A stretch of 64,000 nt of DNA from Pristiophorus japonicus (Eukaryota): contig NC_091983.1 of assembly GCF_044704955.1 (NCBI RefSeq), forward strand, positions 18,042,001-18,106,000, in the 5' to 3' direction. Numbering within the stretch: the first letter of the stretch is position 1; the number at the start of each line of letters is the position of its first letter. The translations under genes and the position numbers were made by a program. This document shows positions 38,723 to 51,716 of this stretch, one piece after another. The notes under the pieces were generated by a model. It searched no databases, was not told the DNA's origin, and saw only the letters and a program-made list of their open reading frames with translations.

Positions 38723-38908
38723 GGCCTACACTGACCGTGCGTACACTGACCGTAACCAGGAGAAGGTAATCAGGAGGGTCAATGAGGGTACTGCGTTTGA
38801 TGTAGTCTACACAAGGGGGTCCTTGTGCATGAAACACAAAAAGTTAGTATGCAGTTACAGCAAGTAATCTGTTTTTGTTATGTTGACACGGCCATATCAA
38901 GTACAAAT

Positions 38909-41900
38909 AGTAAATGGGAGGATAGGGGAGGGGCACCAGTAAATAGGGGGATAGGGGGGGGCACCAGTAAATGGGGGATAGGGGAGGGGCACCAGTAAAT
39001 GGGGGATAGGGGGGGCACCAGTAAATGGGGGATAAGGGAGGGGCACCAGTAAATGGGGGATAGGAGAGGGGCACCAGTAAATGAGGGATAGGGAGGGGCA
39101 CCAGTAAATGGGGGACAGGGAGGGGCACCAGTAAATGGGGGATAGGGAGGGGCACCAGTAAATGGGGGATAAGGGAGGGGCACCAGTAAATGGGGGATAA
39201 GGGAGGGGCACCAGTAAATGGGGGATAGGGGAGGGGCACCAGTAAATGGGGGATAGGGGAGGGGCACCAGTAAATGGGGGATAGGGAGGGGCACCAGTAA
39301 ATGGGGGATAGGGAGGGGCACCAGTAAATGGGGGATAAGGGAGGGGCACCAGTAAATGGGGGATAGGGGAGGGGCACCAGTAAATGGGGGATAGGGGAGG
39401 GGCACCAGTAAATGGGGGATAGGGAGGGGCACCAGTAAATGGGGGATAGGGAGGGGCACCAGTAAATGGGGAGTAGGGGAGGGGCATCAGTAAATGGGGG
39501 ATAGGGAGGGGCACCAGTAAATGGGGGATAGGGGAGGGGCACCAGTAAATGGTGGTGGGGGATAGGGGAGGGTCACCAGTAAATGGGGGATAGGGAGAGG
39601 CACCAGTAAATGTGGGATAGGGAGGGGCACCAGTAAATGGGGGATAGGGGAGGGGCACCAGTAAATGGGGGATAGGGGAGGGGCACCAGTAAATGGGGGA
39701 TAGGGAGGGGCACCAATAAATGGGGGATAGGGGAGGGGCACCAGTAAATGGGGGATAGGGGAGGGGCACCAGTAAATGGGGGATAGGGGAGGGGCACCAG
39801 TAAATGGGGGATAGGGGAGGGGCACCAGTAAATGGGTGCAAGGTAGGGGCACCAGTAAATGGGGGATAGGGAGAGGCACCAGTAAATGGGGGATAGGGGA
39901 GGGGCACCAGTAAATGGGGGATAGGGGAAGGGCACCAGTAAATGGGGGATAGGGGAGGGGCACCAGTAAATGGGGGATAGGGAGAGGCACCAGTAAATGG
40001 GGGATAGGGGAGGGGCACCAGTAAATGGGGGCTAGGGGAGGGGCACCAGTAAATGGGGGAGGGGCACCAGTAAATGGGGGATAGGGAGGGGCACCAGTAA
40101 ATGGGTGTAAGGTAGGGGCACCAGTAAATGGGGGATAGGTGAGGGGCACCAGTAAATGGGGGATAGGTAGGGGCACCAGTAAATGGGTATAAGGTAGGGG
40201 CACCAGTAAATGGGGGATAGGGAGGGGCACCAGTAAATGGGGGATAGGGGAGGGGCACCAGTAAATGGGGGATAGGGGAGGGGCACCAGTAAATGGGGGA
40301 TAAGGGAGGGGCACCAGTAAATGGGGGATAGGGAGAGGCACCAGTAAATGGGGGATAGGGAGGGGCACCAGTAAATGGGGGATAGGGAGGGGCACCAGTA
40401 AATGGGGGATAGGGAGGGGCACCAGTAAATGGGGGATAAGGGAGGGGCACCAGTAAATGGTGGAGAGGGGAGGGGCACCAGTAAATGGGGGATAGGGGAG
40501 GGGCACCAGTAAATGGGTGTAAGGTAGGGGCACCAGTAAATGGGGGATAGGGGAGGGGCACCAGTAAATGGGGGATAGGGGAGGGGCACCAGTAAATGGG
40601 GGATAGGGGAGGGGCACCAGTAAATGGGGGATAGGGGAGGGGCACCAGTAAATGGGGGATAGGGGAGGGGCACCAGTAAATGGGGGATAGGTAGGGGCAC
40701 CAGTAAATGGGGGATAGGGGAGGGGCACCAGTAAATGGGGGATAGGGGAGGGGCACCAGTAAATGGGGGATAGGGGAGGAGCACCAGTAAATGGGGGACA
40801 GGAGAGGGGCACCAGTAAATGGTGGTGGGGGATAGGGGAGGGGCACCAGTAAATGGGGGATGGGGAGGGGCACCAGTAAATGGGGGATAGGAGAGGGGCA
40901 CCAGTAAATGGGGGATTGGGGAGGGGCACCAGTAAATGGGGGATAGGGAGGGGCACCAGTAAATGGGGGATAGGGAGGGCACCAGTAAATGGGGGATAGG
41001 GGAGGGGCACCAGTAAATGGGGGATAGGTAGGGGCACCAGTAAATGGGGGATAGGGGAGGGGCACCAGTAAATGGGGGATAGGGGAGGGGCACCAGTAAA
41101 TGGGGGATAGGGGAGGGGCACCAGTAAATGGGGGATAGGGGAGGGGCACCAGTAATGGGTGTAAGGTAGGGGCACCAGTAAATGGGGGATAGGGAGAGGC
41201 ACCAGTAAATGGGGGATAGGGGAGGGGCACCAGTAAATGGGGGATAGGGGAGGGGCACCAGTAAATGGGGGATAGGGAGAGGCACCAGTAAATGGGGGAT
41301 AGGGGAGGGGCACCAGTAAATGGGGGATAGGGGAGGGGCACCAGTAAATGGGGGAGGGGCACCAGTAAATGGGGGATAGGGGAGGGGCACCAGTAAATGG
41401 GTGTAAGGTAGGGGCACCAGTAAATGGGGGATAGGGGAGGGGCACCAGTAAATGGGGGATAGGGAGGGGCACCAATAAATGGGGGATAGGGGAGGGGCAC
41501 CAGTAAATGGGGGATAGGGGAGGGGCACCAGTAAATGGGGGATAGGGGAGGGGCACCAGTAAATGGGGGATAGGGGAGGGGCACCAGTAAATGGGTGTAA
41601 GGTAGGGGCACCAGTAAATGGGGGATAGGGAGAGGCACCAGTAAATGGGGGATAGGGGAGGGGCACCAGTAAATGGGGGATAGGGGAGGGGCACCAGTAA
41701 ATGGGGGATAGGGGAGGGGCACCAGTAAATGGGGGATAGGGAGAGGCACCAGTAAATGGGGGATAGGGGAGGGGCACCAGTAAATGGGGGCTAGGGGAGG
41801 GGCACCAGTAAATGGGGGAGGGGCACCAGTAAATGGGGGATAGGGAGGGGCACCAGTAAATGGGTGTAAGGTAGGGGCACCAGTAAATGGGGGATAGGTG

Positions 41901-44900
41901 AGGGGCACCAGTAAATGGGGGATAGGTAGGGGCACCAGTAAATGGGTATAAGGTAGGGGCACCAGTAAATGGGGGATAGGGAGGGGCACCAGTAAATGGG
42001 GGATAGGGGAGGGGCACCAGTAAATGGGGGATAGGGGAGGGGCACCAGTAAATGGGGGATAGGGGAGGGGCACCAGTAAATGGGGGATAGGGAGAGGCAC
42101 CAGTAAATGGGGGATAGGGAGGGACACCAGTAAATGGGGGATAGGGAGGGGCACCAGTAAATGGGGGATAGGGAGGGGCACCAGTAAATGGGGGATAAGG
42201 GAGGGGCACCAGTAAATGGTGGAGAGGGGAGGGGCACCAGTAAATGGGGGATAGGGGAGGGGCACCAGTAAATGGGTGTAAGGTAGGGGCACCAGTAAAT
42301 GGGGGATAGGGGAGGGGCACCAGTAAATGGGGGATAGGGGAGGGGCACCAGTAAATGGGGGATAGGGGAGGGGCACCAGTAAATGGGGGATAGGGGAGGG
42401 GCACCAGTAAATGGGGGATAGGGGAGGGGCACCAGTAAATGGGGGATAGGTAGGGGCACCAGTAAATGGGGGATAGGGGAGGGGCACCAGTAAATGGGGG
42501 ATAGGGGAGGGGCACCAGTAAATGGGGGACAGGGGAGGAGCACCAGTAAATGGGGGACAGGAGAGGGGCACCAGTAAATGGTGGTGGGGGATAGGGGAGG
42601 GGCACCAGTAAATGGGGGATGGGGAGGGGCACCAGTAAATGGGGGATAGGAGAGGGGCACCAGTAAATGGGGGATTGGGGAGGGGCACCAGTAAATGGGG
42701 GATAGGGAGGGGCACCAGTAAATGGGGGATCGGGAGGGCACCAGTAAATGGGGGATAGGGGAGGGGCACCAGTAAATGGGGGATAGGTAGGGGCACCAGT
42801 AAATGGGGGATAGGGGAGGGGCACCAGTAAATGGGGGATAGGGGAGGGGCACCAGTAAATGGGGGATAGGGGAGGGGCACCAGTAAATGGGGGATAGGGG
42901 AGGGGCACCAGTAATGGGTGTAAGGTAGGGGCACCAGTAAATGGGGGATAGGGAGAGGCACCAGTAAATGGGGGATAGGGGAGGGGCACCAGTAAATGGG
43001 GGATAGGGGAGGGGCACCAGTAAATGGGGGATAGGGAGAGGCACCAGTAAATGGGGGATAGGGGAGGGGCACCAGTAAATGGGGGATAGGGGAGGGGCAC
43101 CAGTAAATGGGGGAGGGGCACCAGTAAATGGGGGATAGGGGAGGGGCACCAGTAAATGGGTGTAAGGTAGGGGCACCAGTAAATGGGGGATAGGTGAGGG
43201 GCACCAGTAAATGGGGGATAGATAGGGGCACCAGTAAATGGGTATAAGGTAGGGGCACCAGTAAATGGGGGATAGGGAGGGGCACCAGTAAATGGGGGAT
43301 AGGGGAGGGGCACCAGTAAATGGGGGATAGGGTAGGGGCACCAGTAAATGGGGGATAGGGGAGTGGCACCAGTAAATGGGGGATAGGGGAGGGGCACCAG
43401 TAAATGGGGGATAGGGGAGGGGCACCAGTAAATGGGGGATAGGGGAGGGGCACCAGTAAATGGGGGATAGGGAGGTGCACCAGTAAATGGGGGATAGGGG
43501 AGGGGCACCAGTACATGGGGGATAGGAGAGGGGCACCAGTAAATGGGGGATAGGGGAGGAGCACCAGTAAATGGGGGATAGGAGAGTGGCACCAGTAAAT
43601 GGGGGATAGGGGAGGGGCACCAGTAAATGGGGGATAGGGGAGGAGCACCAGTAAATGGGGGATAGGAGAGGGGCACCAGTAAATGGTGGTGGGGGATAGG
43701 GGAGGGGCACCAGTAAATGGGGGATAGGGAGGGGCACCAGTAAATGGGGGATAGGAGAGGGGCACCAGTAAATGGGGGATTGGGGAAGGGCACCAGTAAA
43801 TGGGGGATAGGGAGGGGCACCAGTAAATGGGGGATAGGGAGGGCACCAGTAAATGGGGGATAGGGAGGGGCACCAGTAAATGGGTGTAAGGTAGGGGCAC
43901 CAGTAAATGGGGGATAGGGAGAGGCACCAGTAAATGGGGGATAGGGGAGGGGCACCAGTAAATGGGGGATAGGGGAGGGGCACCAGTAAATGGGGGATAG
44001 GGAGAGGCACCAGTAAATGGGGGATAGAGGAGGGGCACCAGTAAATGGGGGATAGGGGAGGGGCACCAGTAAATGGGGGAGGGGCACCAGTAAATGGGGG
44101 ATAGGGGAGGGGCACCAGTAAATGGGTGTAAGGTAGGGGCACCAGTAAATGGGGGATAGGTGAGGGGCACCAGTAAATGGGGGATAGATAGGGGCACCAG
44201 TAAATGGGGGATAGGGAGGGGCACCAGTAAATGGGGGATAGGGGAGGGGCACCAGTAAATGGGGGATAGGGGAGTGGCACCAGTAAATGGGGGATAGGGG
44301 AGGGGCACCAGTAAATGGGGGATAGGGGAGGGGCACCAGTAAATGGGGGATAGGGGAGGGGCACCAGTAAATGGGGGATAGGGGAGGGGCACCAGTAAAT
44401 GGGGGATAGGCGAGGGGCACCAGTAAATGGGGGATAGGGAGGGGCACCAGTAAATGGGGGATAGGGGAGGGGCACCAGTAAATGGGGGATAGGTAGGGGC
44501 ACCAGTAAATGGGGGATAGGGGAGGGGCACCAGTAAATGGGGGATAGGGGAGGGGCACCAGTAAATGGGGGATAGGGGAGGAGCACCAGTAAATGGGGGA
44601 TAGGAGAGGGGCACCAGTAAATGGTGGTGGGGGATAGGGGAGGGGCACCAGTAAATGGGGGATGGGGAGGGGCACCAGTAAATGGGGGATAGGAGAGGGG
44701 CACCAGTAAATGGGGGATAGGGGAGGGGCACCAGTAAATGGGGGATAGGGAGGGGCACCAGTAAATGGGGGATAGGGAGGGCACCAGTAAATGGGGGATA
44801 GGGAGGGGCACCAGTAAATGGGGGATAGGGGAGGGGCACCAGTAAATGGGGGATAGGGGAGGGGCACCAGTAAATGGGGGATAGGGGAGTGGCACCAGTA

Positions 44901-47016
44901 AATGGGGGATAGGGGAGGGGCACCAGTAAATGGGGGTTAGGGGAGGGGCACCAGTAAATGGGGGATAGGGGAGGGGCACCAGTAAATGGGGGATAGGGGA
45001 GGGGCACCAGTAAATGGGGGATAGGGAGGGGCACCAGTAAATGGGGGATAGGGGAGGGGCACCAGTAAATGGTGGTGGGGGATAGGGGAGGGGCACCAGT
45101 AAATAGGGGATAGGGGAGGGGCACCAGTAAATGGGGGATAGGGAGGGGCACCAGTAAATGGGAGATAGGGGAGGGGCACCAGTAAATGGGGGATAGGGAG
45201 AGGCACCAGTAAATGGGGGATAGGGGAGGGGCACCAGTAAATGGGGATAGGGGAGGGGCACCAGTAAATGGGGGATAGGGGAGGGGCACCAGTAAATAGT
45301 GGTGGGGGATAGTGGAGGGGCACCAGTAAATGGGGGATAGGGGAGGGGCACCAGTAAATGGGGGATAGGGGAGGGGCACCAGTAAATGGGGGATAGGGAG
45401 AGGCACCAGTAAATGGGGGATAGAGGAGGGGCACCAGTAAATGGGGGATAGGGGAGGGGCACCAGTAAATGGGGGAGGGGCACCAGTAAATGGGGGATAG
45501 GGGAGGGGCACCAGTAAATGGGTGTAAGGTAGGGGCACCAGTAAATGGGGGATAGGTGAGGGGCACCAGTAAATGGGGGATAGATAGGGGCACCAGTAAA
45601 TGGGGGATAGGGAGGGGCACCAGTAAATGGGGGATAGGGGAGGGGCACCAGTAAATGGGGGATAGGGGAGTGGCACCAGTAAATGGGGGATAGGGGAGGG
45701 GCACCAGTAAATGGGGGATAGGGGAGGGGCACCAGTAAATGGGGGATAGGGGAGGGGCACCAGTAAATGGGGGATAGGGGAGGGGCACCAGTAAATGGGG
45801 GATAGGCGAGGGGCACCAGTAAATGGGGGATAGGGAGGGGCACCAGTAAATGGGGGATAGGGAGAGGCACCAGTAAATGGGGGATAGGGGAGGGGCACCA
45901 GTAAATGGGGATAGGGGAGGGGCACCAGTAAATGGGGGATAGGGGAGGGGCACCAGTAAATGGGGGATAGGGGAGGAGCACCAGTAAATGGGGGATAGGA
46001 GAGGGGCACCAGTAAATGGTGGTGGGGGATAGGGGAGGGGCACCAGTAAATGGGGGATGGGGAGGGGCACCAGTAAATGGGGGATAGGAGAGGGGCACCA
46101 GTAAATGGGGGATAGGGGAGGGGCACCAGTAAATGGGGGATAGGGAGGGGCACCAGTAAATGGGGGATAGGGAGGGCACCAGTAAATGGGGGATAGGGAG
46201 GGGCACCAGTAAATGGGGGATAGGGGAGGGGCACCAGTAAATGGGGGATAGGGGAGGGGCACCAGTAAATGGGGGATAGGGGAGTGGCACCAGTAAATGG
46301 GGGATAGGGGAGGGGCACCAGTAAATGGGGGTTAGGGGAGGGGCACCAGTAAATGGGGGATAGGGGAGGGGCACCAGTAAATGGGGGATAGGGGAGGGGC
46401 ACCAGTAAATGGGGGATAGGGAGGGGCACCAGTAAATGGGGGATAGGGGAGGGGCACCAGTAAATGGTGGTGGGGGATAGGGGAGGGGCACCAGTAAATA
46501 GGGGATAGGGGAGGGGCACCAGTAAATGGGGGATAGGGAGGGGCACCAGTAAATGGGAGATAGGGGAGGGGCACCAGTAAATGGGGGATAGGGAGAGGCA
46601 CCAGTAAATGGGGGATAGGGGAGGGGCACCAGTAAATGGGGATAGGGGAGGGGCACCAGTAAATGGGGGATAGGGGAGGGGCACCAGTAAATAGTGGTGG
46701 GGGATAGTGGAGGGGCACCAGTAAATGGGGGATAGGGGAGGGGCACCAGTAAATGGGGGATATGGAGAGGCACCAGTAAATGGGGGATAGGGAGAGGCAC
46801 CAGTAAATGGGGATAGGGGAGGGGCACCAGTAAATGGGGGATAGAGAGGGGCACCAGTAAATGGGGGATAGGGAGGGGCACCAGTAAATGGTGGTGGGGG
46901 ATAGGGAGAGGCACCAGTAAATGGGGATAGGGGAGGGGCACCAGTAAATGGGGGATAGGGAGGGGCACCAGTAAATGGGGGATAGGTAGGGGCACCAGTA
47001 AATGGGGGATAGGGGA
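38909..47016. repeat. 8.1-kb G-rich minisatellite, unit GGGGCACCAGTAAATGGGGGATAGGG(G)A (27-28 bp), roughly 290-300 copies
   Basis: Near-invariant GCACCAGTAAATG core with variant G-rich linkers and units of about 21-31 bp. Copy number is estimated as length divided by unit size. Confidence 0.98.
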
Positions 47017-47304
47017 ACCAGCCCACACTGCGATATGTATGCGCACTAGGTCCGTGCAGCAGAGCAGGTCTCCAGTCATCCTGGTTCAACCCTTGCCACT
47101 GGATAAAGGCCTAGCTCTGTCAAGCCCGTGTGGTGGCTGATGTGCAATGGTCACCACACGTTAAAAAAATCCACGCGCAAGCATCTTCCACCATCTCAAT
47201 TGGAGTTCAGGACTGGAACATCGGGTCCTTCATTGAAACATCTGTGAACTCATGTGGAAGCAAGTCATCCTCGTTCGAGGGACCGCCTATGATGATGATA
47301 ATGA
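47017..47304 (+). mobile_element. Short non-autonomous RTE derivative (putative 5' region plus RTE 3' tail)
   Basis: The 3' end GTGGAAGCAAGTCATCCTCG..GAGGGACCGCCTATGATGATGA matches the RTE tail at 26572-26618. Upstream GACTGGAACATCGGGTCC resembles the endonuclease start motif GTWNVRTL. Confidence 0.65.
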
Positions 47305-47345
47305 CAGTCAAAGCACCTTGGGATGTGCAGAAGATGCGAAAGGCA

Positions 47346-48757
47346 CATAAAAACATAGAAAATAGGTGCAGGAGTAGGGCATTCGGCCCTTCGAGCCCAC
47401 ACCACCATTCAATAATTTCATGGCTGATCATCACCTCAGTGCTTCTTTCCTGCTTTCTTTCCATACCCCTTGATCCCTTTAGCCATAAGGGCCATATCTA
47501 ACTCCCTCTTGAATATATCCAATGAACTGGCATCGACAACTCTCTGCGGTAAGGAATTCCACAGGTTAACAACTCAGAGTGAAGAAGTTTCTCCTCATCT
47601 CGGTCCTAAATAACTTACCCCTTATCCTTAGACTGTGTCCCCTGGTTCTGGACTTCTCCAACATCGGAAACATTCTTCCTGCATCTAACCTGTCCAGTCA
47701 CGTCAATATTTTATATGTTTCTATGAGAACCCCTCTCATTCTTCTAAACTCCAGTGAATATAGGCCCAGTTGATCCAGCCTTTCCTCATATGTCAGTCCT
47801 GCCATCCCGGGAATCAGTCTGGTGAACCTTTGCTGCACTCCCTCAATAGCAAGAATGTCCTTCCTCAGATTAGGAGAACAAAACTAAACACAATACTCCA
47901 GGTGAGTCCTCACCAAGGCCCTGTACAATTGCAGTAAGACCTCCCTGCTCCTATACTCAAATCCCCTAGCTATGAAGGCCAACATGCCATTTGCCTTCTT
48001 CACCGCCTGCTGTACCTGCATGCCAACTTTCAATGACTGATGTACCATGACATCCAGGTCTCGTTGCACTCCCCTTTTCCTCTTCTGCCGTCATTCAGAT
48101 AATATTCTGCCCTCGTGTTTTTGCCACCAAAGTGGATAACCTCACATTTATCCACATTATACTGCGTCTGCCCACTCACCCAACCTGTCCAAGTCACCCT
48201 GCAGCCTCTTAGCATCCTCCTCACAGCTCACACCGCCACCCAGCTTAGTGTCATCTGCAAACTTGGAGATATTACACTCAATTCCTTCATCTAAATCATT
48301 AATGTATATTGTAAATAGCACTGAGCCCTGCGGCACCCCGCTAGTTATTGCCTGCCATTCTGAAAAGGACCCGTTTATCCCAACTCTCTGCTTCCTGTCT
48401 GCCAACCAGTTCCCTATCTATGTCAATACTTTACCCCAATACCATGTGTTTTAATGTTGCACACCAATCTCTTGTGTGGAACCTTGTCAAATGCCTTTTG
48501 AAAGTCCAAATACACCACATCCACTGGTTCTCCCCTGTCCAATCTACTAGTTACATCCTCAAAAAATTCCAGAAGATTTGTCAAGCATGATTTCCCTTTC
48601 ATAAATCCAAGCTGACTTGGACCTATCCTGTCATTGCTTTCCAAATGCGCTGCTATTTCATCTTTAATCATTGATTCCAACATTTTCCCCACAACTGATA
48701 TCAGGCTAACCGGTCTACAATTCCCCGTTTTCTCTCTCCCTCCTTTCTTAAAAAGTG
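47346..48757 (-). mobile_element. CR1 LINE, 5'-truncated
   Basis: RT motifs VYLDFQKAFDKVPH and KFADDTKL on the minus strand, with the tail at 47346. Confidence 0.92.
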
Positions 48758-49133
48758 AACTTTTGAAATGCAAGTACTTTCTTGATTTAATCTAACCCCT
48801 GAATGGAGATTACAGCCTTGAGATATACATTTGCAAAATATACACTGGGAATTCTCTAATGACCATACATTTTTATTGTGGGTTCATTGCTATCAAAGTG
48901 GCTCGTGCACTCTTTGTTATTAATGGGCAGGAGAGTCAAAGTTGAAGGATTGAATTCAGTCACTGAATATTATATTGTCATTTTTATTTTAAAGTGATGG
49001 AAGTTAATGTTTTGTAAATATAAACTAAAAACGCTTCGGTTGTTTGTCCTCCTTTCAGCACCAAACTATGAAAAATGTAACAGTCTGACAAGGGTAAGCT
49101 TTTTCAAGTAATGGAAGTGCTCCAGTTCAGTGT

Positions 49134-50428
49134 CATAGAAACATAGAAAATAGGTGCAGGAGTAGGCCATCCGGCCCTTCGAGCCTGCACCACCATTCAA
49201 TAAGATCATGGCTGATCATTCACCTCAGTACCCCTTGCCTGCTTTCTCTCCAAACCCCTTGATCCCTTTAACCGCAAGGGCAACATCTAACTCCCTCTTG
49301 AATATATCCAATGAACTGGCATCAACAACTCTCTGCAGTAGGGAATTCCACAGGTTAACAACTCTCTAAGTGAAGAAGTTCCTCCTCATCTCAGTCCTAA
49401 ATGGCCTACCCCTTATCCTTAGACTATGTCCCCTGGTTCTGGACTTCCCCAACATCGGGAACATTCTTCCTGCATCTAACCTGTCCAGTTCTGTCAGAAT
49501 TTTATATGTTTCTATCAGATCACCTCTCATCCTTCTAAGCTCCAGTGAACACAGGCCCAGTCGATCCAGTCTCTCCTCATATGTCAGTCCTACCATCCCA
49601 GGAATCAATCTGGTGAACCTTCGCTGCACTCCCTCAATAGCAAGAATGTCCTTCCTCAGATTAGGAGACCAAAACTGAACACAATATTCCAGGCGGGGCC
49701 TCACCAAGGCCCTGTAAAACTGCAGTAAGACTTCCCTGCTCCTATACTCAAATCCCCTAGCTATGAAGGCCAACATACCATTTGCCTTCTTCACCGCCTG
49801 CTGTACCTGCATGCCAACCTTCAATGACTGATGAATCATGACACCCAGGTCTCGCTGCACCTCCCCTTTTCCTAATCTGCTGTCATTCAGATAATATTCT
49901 GCCTTTGTGTTTTTGCCACCAAAGTGGATAACCTCACATTTATCCACATTATACTGCATCTGCCATGCATTTGCCCACTCGTCTAACCTGTCCAAGTCAC
50001 CCTGCAGCCTCTTAGCGTCCTCCTCACAGCTCACACCGCCACCCAGTTTAGTGTCATCTGCAAACTTGGAAATATTACACTCAATTCCATCATCCAAATC
50101 ATTAATATATATTGTAAAGAGCTGGGGTCCCAGCACCGAGCCCTGCGGCACTCCACTAGTCACTGCCTGCCATTCTGAAAAGGACCCGTTAATCCCAACT
50201 CTCTGCTTTCTGTCTGCCAACCAGTTCTCTATCCACGTCAGTATATGACCCCCAATACCATGTGCTTTAATTTTGCACACCAATCTCTTGTGGAGCTTTG
50301 TGAAAGTCCAAATACACCACAGACCACTGGTTCTCCCCTGTCCACTCTACGAGTTACATCCTCAAAAAAATTCCAGAAGATTTTTCAAGCATGATTTCCC
50401 TTTCATAAATCCATGCTGACTTGGACCA
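49134..50428 (-). mobile_element. CR1 LINE, 5'-truncated
   Basis: 305-aa uninterrupted RT/C-terminal ORF 49366-50283 and a (CATAGAAA)n tail. Confidence 0.93.
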
Positions 50429-50877
50429 ACCCACATTTCAGCAAATTCCTTAGGCATCAGAACGCCTGGAAATGTCAGTGATGTGGTGATTTATAAAAGC
50501 GTAGACACAATTGAACAGAGGAGATAGTTGGGTGTTTGCAGAGATGCTTGCTGCCTATCTCCAATGGGCTTGGTTCAGCTTTCAGTGCTCCATTCCAATG
50601 GAGAGGCAGTCACTCTCGGCTGATGTTGCGCACCTCCTCGCGAACAGTTACAATGCAGCATTGGTAAAAGCTGTGGAAACAGATTGCTTACCTGCCCTCT
50701 CGGCTGGGGGGGTTGAATGGCCCAGGAAGACCACAGAAGTGAAAAGGGCGGGGGGGGGGGGGGGGAAAGTTAAAATAAATAAACAAACAAATACGCGTGG
50801 ACAGGAAGTGATGCACATAAATATAGAATGGGTAAAAAAATGACAATTCATTCATATTTGAAATTAAAAAGAAAACT

Positions 50878-51716
50878 GTGAATCACAGAATGATGCAGCA
50901 CAAAGGGGGGCCATTTGGCCCATCATGCCTGCACAGGCTCTTTGACAGGGCTCCCCAATTTGTCCCACTCCCCTACTCTTTTCCCACAGCCCTGCAAATT
51001 TATCCCCTTCCAAGTATTTATCCAATTCTCCTTTGAAAGTTATGATTGAATCTGCTTCCACTGCCCTTTCAGGTCATGCATTCCAGATCACAACAACTCG
51101 CTGTGTTAAAAATGTTCTTCTCTTCTTGCTTCTGGTTCTTTGGCCAATTATTTCAAAATTCTCATCCTTGTTTACAAATCACTCTGTGGCCTTGCCCCTC
51201 CCTATCTCTGTAATCTTTTTCAGCCTTGCAACCCCACAAGACGTCTGCGCTCCTCAAATTCTGGCCTCTTGAGCATCCCTCATTATAACTGCTCAACCAT
51301 CGGTGGACGTGCCTTCAGCAATTTGGAGCCTAAGCTCTGGAACTCCCTGCCTAAACCTCTCCGCCTCTCTACCTCTCTTCCCTCCTGTAAGACGCTCCTT
51401 AAAACCTACCTCTTTAAACAAGCTTTTGGTCATCTGCTGTAATTTCTTCTTATGCGGTTCAGTCATATTTATCTGTTTGTCTGTAACACTGCTGTGAAGC
51501 ACCTTGGGACGTTTTACTATGTTAAAGGCACTATATAAATAAAACTTAATAATAAATAATAATAATCTTAAATCTGTGCCCTCTGGTTACCAACCCCCCT
51601 GCCACAGTTTTGCCTTATTTACTCTTCATGATTTTGAACACCTCTAGTAAAGTGCCTCTTAATCTTCCAAGGAGAACAGCCCCAGCTTCTCCAGACTCTC
51701 CAGGTAACTGAAGTCC
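50878..51716 (-). mobile_element. Older CR1-family 3' end split by an L2 insertion
   Basis: ...TTTGGCCAATTAT (about 51150) continues as CTTAAATCTGTGCCCTCTGG at 51567. Confidence 0.7.
51150..51566 (+). mobile_element. L2 LINE 3' end with (AAT)n tail
   Basis: FKILILVYKSLCGLAPPYL...GGRAFS...LWNSLP...LLKTYLFKQAF. Confidence 0.85.

Noticed and set aside
38844-47089. 2730-aa, 1762-aa and 1611-aa proline-rich ORFs on the minus strand
   Set aside because: They arise because the C-rich strand of a 27-28-bp minisatellite lacks stop codons. The same peptides occur in all three frames, unit lengths do not preserve frame, and the region is intronic.
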